Shown in pieces: positions 26,771 through 32,000 of a stretch of DNA of 32,000 nucleotides (position 1 is its first letter; every line of letters starts with the position of its first letter). The position numbers were made by a program, and so were the translations under genes. The notes below the pieces were generated by a model. The model did no database searches and was not told where the DNA came from. It saw only the letters and a program-made list of their open reading frames with translations. The stretch is from Candidatus Electrothrix yaqonensis (GTDB taxonomy: Bacteria; Desulfobacterota; Desulfobulbia; Desulfobulbales; Desulfobulbaceae): positions 1,110,001-1,142,000 of the forward strand of contig CP178758.1 of NCBI GenBank assembly GCA_047651235.1. The letters run 5' to 3'.

Positions 26771-26872
26771 AAACAATAAGCAGGAGACTGCAAGAATGAA
26801 ACAGGGCAAGACAAAACAGGAAAAGCATATGGCAGGGGATCTGCTGTCACTCAGGTCTGTCTTGTCGTTTTT

Positions 26873-27901
26873 TTACAATGCTCCGGCCGGAGAGCTGCCG
26901 AGCGTGTTGATGATCAGAACAAACAGGCTCTCGTCCTTGAAAAAAACCTGCTGCAGATCGTAGCTGTAATTCGGCGTCAGATCTAGGACGACCCGCACTT
27001 TGTTCTCTGCCGTTTTCTTGCCGACCCGAATTTTACGGATATATTTTCCTGTGGTCGGGATGGTTTCGGGAATATCTTCCGCAGCAACGGTCTTTGTAAA
27101 ATCACAGACCACTCTGGGGTCACCTTCTTCAATGCCGAACACCGCAGGAGGGTGAAATTCATTGACCTTGACCAGCACCATTTCCCCCCGATTTGAATCA
27201 TTTTCAAAGGTGACCGAGGAGATAGTCGGCAGTTCGGGCGAGGCTATTTTTCCTGTTCTTGTCTTTGCAGGAATCTGCGGTTTGGTTTCGGGCTGTTTCG
27301 ATGCTGGTTCTGGTTCAGCATCAGCAGCCGTTTTCTGCTGCTGTTTTTTTTGTTGTTTTACCGGTGCAGGCGGCGGTTCGGGTGAAGCTGCCGGAGCCGG
27401 TGCGGTTTCCGGTTCCGGTGCAGGCTCATCCTTTTCCGGTACTTCGCTCTCCGGTACTTCGGCAGTCTGTGCTGCCAGGCCTGCCAAACCTGCTGAACTA
27501 TCACGTATCGTGACAATCAGTATTTTTTTCTTTTCATCAAAATCCTGTCTGATGTCCACCCGTTTCGTCTGCTGCAGATCAAGCACGACCCGTGTTTTCG
27601 GTCCTTTATGAATCCCGACCCGGATGCGTCGGATGAGTTGTCCGTTGGTGTTGATAGTGTTTTTGATGGTCTTTGCCGCTGCGGTATTATTGAAATCAAA
27701 GACAATTCTGGGCTGTTTTCCCTGCAGAGTAAAGACCTTCGGGATATAGGTGCCGTTCAGTTTAAAAATGACGCGCTCTTCTCCGCTGTTCGGAGCGGCA
27801 AAACTGATGTCCTCAAGCATCTTCTGCCCTGCCGCTGTCTGCCAGCTCTGCACAAGCAGGAAGACAAAGGCAAGGGTCAGTGCTGAAATATGTTTCAACA
27901 T
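26873..27901 (-). CDS. Secreted double-AMIN-domain protein with Pro/Glu/Ala-rich linker
   Basis: I prefer the ATG at 27901 (GAGGA RBS 5 nt upstream; MLKHISALTLAFVFLLVQSWQTAAG signal peptide). There are two AMIN-like modules: RVIFKLNGTYIPKVFTLQGKQPRIVFDF...IRRIRVGIHKGPKTRVVLDL and MVLVKVNEFHPPAVFGIEEGDPRVVCDF...IRKIRVGKKTAENKVRVVLDL. They are joined by PESEVPEKDEPAPEPETAPAPAASPEPPPAPVKQQKKQQQK. Confidence 0.8.
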   Translation of the reverse strand: MLKHISALTLAFVFLLVQSWQTAAGQKMLEDISFAAPNSGEERVIFKLNGTYIPKVFTLQGKQPRIVFDFNNTAAAKTIKNTINTNGQLIRRIRVGIHKGPKTRVVLDLQQTKRVDIRQDFDEKKKILIVTIRDSSAGLAGLAAQTAEVPESEVPEKDEPAPEPETAPAPAASPEPPPAPVKQQKKQQQKTAADAEPEPASKQPETKPQIPAKTRTGKIASPELPTISSVTFENDSNRGEMVLVKVNEFHPPAVFGIEEGDPRVVCDFTKTVAAEDIPETIPTTGKYIRKIRVGKKTAENKVRVVLDLTPNYSYDLQQVFFKDESLFVLIINTLGSSPAGAL

Positions 27902-28132
27902 TGTTCCTCTGCTGCTGATTGATGGAAGATCGGTAAAATAGAGAACGCTCATGGAACGCAAACGGCAAACATGGATTAAAAAATATATGACATTGGAACA
28001 GTTATTGTATATAACGTCAGGTGTTGCAGTGTCAACTGATTTTTGCGCCCAGCGGACTGCCGGCAGGGAAAGAAAGGGGGAAAAGAGCCGCAGACTTTCC
28101 CCGCATCCAACTGAACAACATAAAATTATGAA

Positions 28133-29215
28133 TTATCCGTTTTTCCCGGCAAACTCCGCCATAAATGCCACCAGTTGTTCAACACCCTCTTCGGGGAAAG
28201 CATTGTAGATGGAGGCCCGGCAGCCGCCGATGGAACGGTGCCCTTTCAGGCCGTCCAGACCGACAGCTGCGGCCCCGGCAATAAACTGGGCCTCCAGCTC
28301 CGGAGTAGGCAGGTTAAAGGTGATATTCATCAGGGAGCGGGATGCTTTCTCCGCATGGCCCCGGTAGAACGTATTGCCGTCAATGGCCCCGTACAGCAGG
28401 GCGGCCTTGTCTTCATTGCGCTGCTGTATGGCCGGAACGCCGCCCTGTTCCTTGAGCCAGTTCAGGACCCGGCCCACGCAGTAGATGGCAAAGGTCGGCG
28501 GGGTGTTGAACATGGACCCCTTGTCCGCATGGGTTTTGTAGCGCAGCATGGTGGGCACATTCTCCGGGGTTCTGTCCAGCAGATCTTCCCGGATGATCAC
28601 CAGGGTCACCCCGGCAGGCCCCATATTCTTCTGCGCCCCGGCAAAGATGATCCCGAAACGGGAGACATCAAGCGGACGGGAAAAAATATCCGAGGACATA
28701 TCACAGATCAGCATATGTCCCTTGTCCGGAAACTGGGCAAACTGGGTGCCGTAAATGGTGTTGTTGGAGCAGAGATACAGGTATTCTGAAGCGCTGTCCA
28801 CGGTATATTCATCCTCTGCCGGAACCCGGTTGAAGCTGCTCTCTTCGCTGGAATAGGCCACATCGATCTCTCCGAAGAGCTTGGCCTCCTTGATCGCTTT
28901 CTTGGCCCAAGTGCCGGTGTTCAGGTAGGTCGCCTTTTTCCCCGGACCGAGCAGGTTCATCGGGATCATGAAAAATTGCGACGAGGCCCCGCCCTGAAGA
29001 AAAAGCACCTTATAGTTCTCCGGTACCTCCAGCAGTTGCCGGACCAGGGCCTCGCTTTCTTCGGCCACTGCCATGAATTCCTTGGACCGATGGCTTATCT
29101 CAATCAGGCCGATGCCTTTGTCCTTAAAATTGACAACGTCCTGTGCTGCTTCTTCAAGAACAGAATACGGCAGAGTGGCCGGTCCGGGGCTGAAATTATA
29201 AATTCTTTCAGGCAT
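28133..29215 (-). CDS. serC: Phosphoserine aminotransferase
   Basis: MPERIYNFSPGPATLPYSVLEEAAQDVVNFKDKGIGLIEISHRSKEF is the canonical SerC N-terminus. FAGAQKNMGPAGVTLVIIRE contains the PLP-lysine motif. Confidence 0.95.
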   Translation of the reverse strand: MPERIYNFSPGPATLPYSVLEEAAQDVVNFKDKGIGLIEISHRSKEFMAVAEESEALVRQLLEVPENYKVLFLQGGASSQFFMIPMNLLGPGKKATYLNTGTWAKKAIKEAKLFGEIDVAYSSEESSFNRVPAEDEYTVDSASEYLYLCSNNTIYGTQFAQFPDKGHMLICDMSSDIFSRPLDVSRFGIIFAGAQKNMGPAGVTLVIIREDLLDRTPENVPTMLRYKTHADKGSMFNTPPTFAIYCVGRVLNWLKEQGGVPAIQQRNEDKAALLYGAIDGNTFYRGHAEKASRSLMNITFNLPTPELEAQFIAGAAAVGLDGLKGHRSIGGCRASIYNAFPEEGVEQLVAFMAEFAGKNG

Positions 29216-29694
29216 GGTATATATTCTCCTTTAAATGAAAGATCTGATAAGGATAAAAAAATATTGGGGCAGGAGTTTCAATGCGCATTTTCCCGTTTTT
29301 TCTGCCGTATGGAAAACGTGCTGAGGCCTGCGCGGATATGCATTTTATCTCGGAATGATATAACAGCGGCGGCTGTGAAGCGCAAGGATTAAAAGAAAAT
29401 ATGGCGTGCTGAGAGATGCCAGAAATTCCTGTATCGGAAAATGCTGCTTCCTGCTGTTTCCCTTTTTCCGGATCGGGTCCGGGAGTTTTTCCCCTTGTTT
29501 TTCCTGTGAGCATACTGTAAAAACAGGCGAAAGGGGGTGTAACATGCCCCTTCCCTCTTTTGTATTTTGCGTATTTTGCCCGTGTACGAAAATCTGCTGG
29601 AGAACGGGAGAAAGCCGTATGCTGCAGCTACTTGGTACTGTCGTAATTCTGCTGAAATACACCAAATACTCAATAGAAGTATATTCCTGCCATC

Positions 29695-31644
29695 ATGCTG
29701 AACAAAAAAATATTTCATAGACTGCCGGTCATTTTTCTGCTTTTATTCTTTTTTCTTTTTATTCAACCGATACGGGACACCAAGGCCTTATCAGCAGGAA
29801 GTACACCTCCTCCCGGTAAAGCAGTTCAGGTGCGGACCGCCTGGTCCGTGGACAGCGCCCAGCCCGGAGATCTGGCAGTACTGGCTGTTATTCTTGATAT
29901 TACCGATGGATTTCATGTCAACGCGGATAAGCGACAAATTGTGCCTCTGGAGAAAATCACTCTTCTTCCGACTGAAGTGACTGTGGTTGATGCGGATAAA
30001 GGACTCAGATTTGAAGTGCCCATCTACCCTGAGGCAAAACCGCTTACTGTGCCCTTTATCGCTGGTACGGTGATGTCATTTGCCGGGAAAACCGTTATTC
30101 ATCTGCCGGTCAGTCTGGCCGGTACCTTGTCGCCGGGAACACGGGCCAGCGTGGTTCTGGAGGTCGCCTGCCAACCCTGTTCAGACCAGTACTGTCTGCT
30201 TCCCCAAAAAATCAGGCTGGATGCGGACCTGCCTGTTGTTGCTCCCGGAACTGCGGTGAAAAAAATAAATCAGGAGCTTTTTGCCGGATACAGGCCCGAG
30301 GCAGCCGCTGGGTCCGACAAGGTGGCCTTCGGTCTGTTCGGCTGGACTTTTTCTGTTGACGGCTCCTCCTGGGGCGGCATGCTGCTCCTCCTGCTGGTTG
30401 CGGCGTTCGGCGGTATGCTGCTCAATTTCACGCCCTGTGTACTCCCGCTGATTCCCATCAAGATCATCAGCCTGTCCTATGCGGCAAAAGACCGTCGCCA
30501 ATGTATCCTTCTGGGTCTGTCCATGTCCCTGGGGGTCTTGGTCTTCTGGCTTGCTCTGGGCAGCATGATCTCGCTGGTCACCGGTTTCAGCGCCACCAAC
30601 CAGCTGTTTCAGTATCCTGTCTTCACCATTTCGGTAGGCGTGATTATCGCGATCATGGCTGGAGGAATGTTTGACTTTTTTTCTCTGCGCCTGCCGGAGT
30701 TTGTCTACCTGATCCATCCTGAACAGGACACCCTGAAAGGTTCGTTCGGGCTGGGCATTCTGGCTGCTGTGCTGTCAACGCCGTGCACAGCGCCGTTTAT
30801 GGGCGCAGCTGCAGCCTGGGCAGCAACTCAGCCTCCGGCGGCGACCCTGACCGTTTTTGCCGCTATCGGGCTGGGAATGGCCTTTCCGTACTTTATCCTC
30901 TCTGTTTCACCGCATCTGGTCAGCAGAATGCCCAAGGCCGGACCTGCCAGCATGCTGATCAAGCAGGTGATGGGGCTATTCATGCTGGCAGCAGCAGCCT
31001 ACTTTATCGGAGTCGGGCTGGAAGTCCTTCTTTCCTCCTCTGCGGAACCCCCGGGGAAACAGTACTGGTGGCCGGTCATGCTCCTTTCCCTGAGCGCAGG
31101 CGGATGGATGGCATGGCGTACGCTGCAGATAGTCTCCAGCCGGAAAGTAAGAACGGTGTTTACTGCTATTGGGATAACCATCATGGCCATTTCGGTGGTC
31201 GGTGCAGTCCGGCTCACCCGGACCGGGCCGATCGACTGGGTGTATTATACCCCGGAACGGCTTGAGCAGGCAGCTGCAGAAGGAAAAATCGTGGTCATGG
31301 TCTTTACGGCGGAATGGTGCCTGAACTGCAAATTTTTGGAGCGGGGCATTCTGGACAGTCAGAAAATTGTCGAACTCATGGAAAAGGAAAATGTTGTGCC
31401 CATGAAGGTTGATATCACGGGCAATAATCCGGAAGGAAAAGAAAAGCTTCGGGAGGTCGGCAGTCTGACCATCCCGCTGCTGGTTGTTCTGTCACCGGAC
31501 GGAAAACAGGTATATAAGAGCGCTTTCTATACAGCAGATCAGATTTATAAAGCAGTCAGCGAAACATTGAACAAAAATACGAACATCGGAGAGGAAAGGA
31601 TCGATGTAGCATTGCAGCACCATCCGGGCAGTTCAGCAGAATAA
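29695..31644 (+). CDS. dsbD: DsbD-family thiol:disulfide interchange protein (alpha-like domain + TM core + thioredoxin domain)
   Basis: 649 aa. Periplasmic N-domain with ACQPCSDQYCLLP. TM core with the two conserved Cys-Pro helices FTPCVLPLIP and STPCTAPFMG. C-terminal thioredoxin fold with FTAEWCLNCKFLE (CxxC). Confidence 0.85.
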   Translation: MLNKKIFHRLPVIFLLLFFFLFIQPIRDTKALSAGSTPPPGKAVQVRTAWSVDSAQPGDLAVLAVILDITDGFHVNADKRQIVPLEKITLLPTEVTVVDADKGLRFEVPIYPEAKPLTVPFIAGTVMSFAGKTVIHLPVSLAGTLSPGTRASVVLEVACQPCSDQYCLLPQKIRLDADLPVVAPGTAVKKINQELFAGYRPEAAAGSDKVAFGLFGWTFSVDGSSWGGMLLLLLVAAFGGMLLNFTPCVLPLIPIKIISLSYAAKDRRQCILLGLSMSLGVLVFWLALGSMISLVTGFSATNQLFQYPVFTISVGVIIAIMAGGMFDFFSLRLPEFVYLIHPEQDTLKGSFGLGILAAVLSTPCTAPFMGAAAAWAATQPPAATLTVFAAIGLGMAFPYFILSVSPHLVSRMPKAGPASMLIKQVMGLFMLAAAAYFIGVGLEVLLSSSAEPPGKQYWWPVMLLSLSAGGWMAWRTLQIVSSRKVRTVFTAIGITIMAISVVGAVRLTRTGPIDWVYYTPERLEQAAAEGKIVVMVFTAEWCLNCKFLERGILDSQKIVELMEKENVVPMKVDITGNNPEGKEKLREVGSLTIPLLVVLSPDGKQVYKSAFYTADQIYKAVSETLNKNTNIGEERIDVALQHHPGSSAE

Positions 31645-31788
31645 TATTGAGGTAACAATCTTATACCGAGTTATCCGATTATCGGAACGTCCAGCTTTTT
31701 CTGCCGGATCCCTGCGGAATACGCCGGGGCTTCCGGCAGCCCCTCTCCCTATAACCTTTTTCTTCAGGATAATTCAGGGTAATTTTCC

Positions 31789-32000
31789 ATGCAGAACTTT
31801 GTCTTCCACAATCCGACAAAAATTATCTTCGGTCGGAATACGGTACCCTCTGCAGGTCCGGAAACGGCAGAGCTGGGCCGCAAAGCCCTGCTGGTGTACG
31901 GCCGGTCCAGCATCAGGGAAAGCGGCCTGTACGACCAGGTGCTCGATGCACTGAGCAATGCCGGAGTGAGCGTTGTCGAGCACGGCGGCACCCGGTCCAA
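31789..32000 (+). CDS. Iron-containing alcohol dehydrogenase (YqhD/butanol dehydrogenase-like), first 70 codons
   Basis: From the ATG at 31789: MQNFVFHNPTKIIFGRNTVPSAGPETAELGRKALLVYGRSSIRESGLYDQVLDALSNAGVSVVEHGGTRS. It parallels the YqhD N-terminus (MNNFNLHTPTRILFGKG...VLITYGGGSVKKTGVLDQVLDAL...FGGIEPNP). The gene runs off the right edge. Confidence 0.85.
   Translation, partial: MQNFVFHNPTKIIFGRNTVPSAGPETAELGRKALLVYGRSSIRESGLYDQVLDALSNAGVSVVEHGGTRS

Noticed and set aside
26796-26960. About 54-codon + strand ORF (MKQGKTKQEKHMAGDLLSLRSV...) with an AGGAG-like RBS.
   Set aside because: It runs into and overlaps the 3' end of the well-supported AMIN gene on the opposite strand. It also contains a hairpin plus T-run mid-ORF, and shows no conserved-looking features.

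Overview
This is a 32-kb chromosomal window from a Gram-negative bacterium. Sigma54, DsbD, AMIN, Wzx and P-II/Amt features fit a proteobacterial or deltaproteobacterial-type genome, but the taxon cannot be fixed from sequence alone.

**Layout**
- **1-171:** 5' end of a reverse-strand ABC ATPase gene.
- **0.57-8.1 kb:** a + strand surface-glycan cluster. It holds a GtrB/ArnC-like GT2, a Wzx-type flippase, a hexapeptide acetyltransferase, an FkbM methyltransferase, a sulfotransferase, a deacetylase-like protein and a GT-B glycosyltransferase. Most of it lies in an AT-rich island whose left boundary falls inside the flippase gene.
- **8.3-10.4 kb:** bpt (N-end-rule aminoacyl-transferase), divergent from an uncharacterised P-loop protein.
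- **10.7-17.9 kb:** two P-II/ammonium-transporter modules in opposite gene order. The first is glnK-amt with a textbook sigma54 promoter. The second is amt-glnK without one. They bracket a 3.6-kb accessory insert containing a secreted beta-rich protein, an orphan Rpn-like transposase tail, and a secreted LTD + 2xPKD protein behind a structured leader.
- **17.9-19.2 kb:** decayed mobile DNA. It contains a frameshifted gene fragment, a hairpin-dense tract and an ISAzo13-like transposase N-terminal stub.
- **19.2-32 kb:**
  - Housekeeping genes rsmI, gltX, serC, a DsbD-family reductase and the 5' end of an Fe-alcohol dehydrogenase.
  - An overlapping periplasmic-binding-protein / GGDEF-EAL sensor pair.
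  - A double-AMIN secreted protein.
  - A possibly frameshifted membrane protein gene.
  - A 0.9-kb gene-free, palindrome- and hairpin-rich tract.

I found no rRNA, tRNA or CRISPR array. No complete, clearly novel multi-gene system is demonstrable from sequence alone. The best leads are the structured leader plus LTD/PKD gene, the sulfotransferase-containing glycan cassette, the PBP/GGDEF-EAL pair, the P-loop orphan, and two unexplained structured non-coding tracts.
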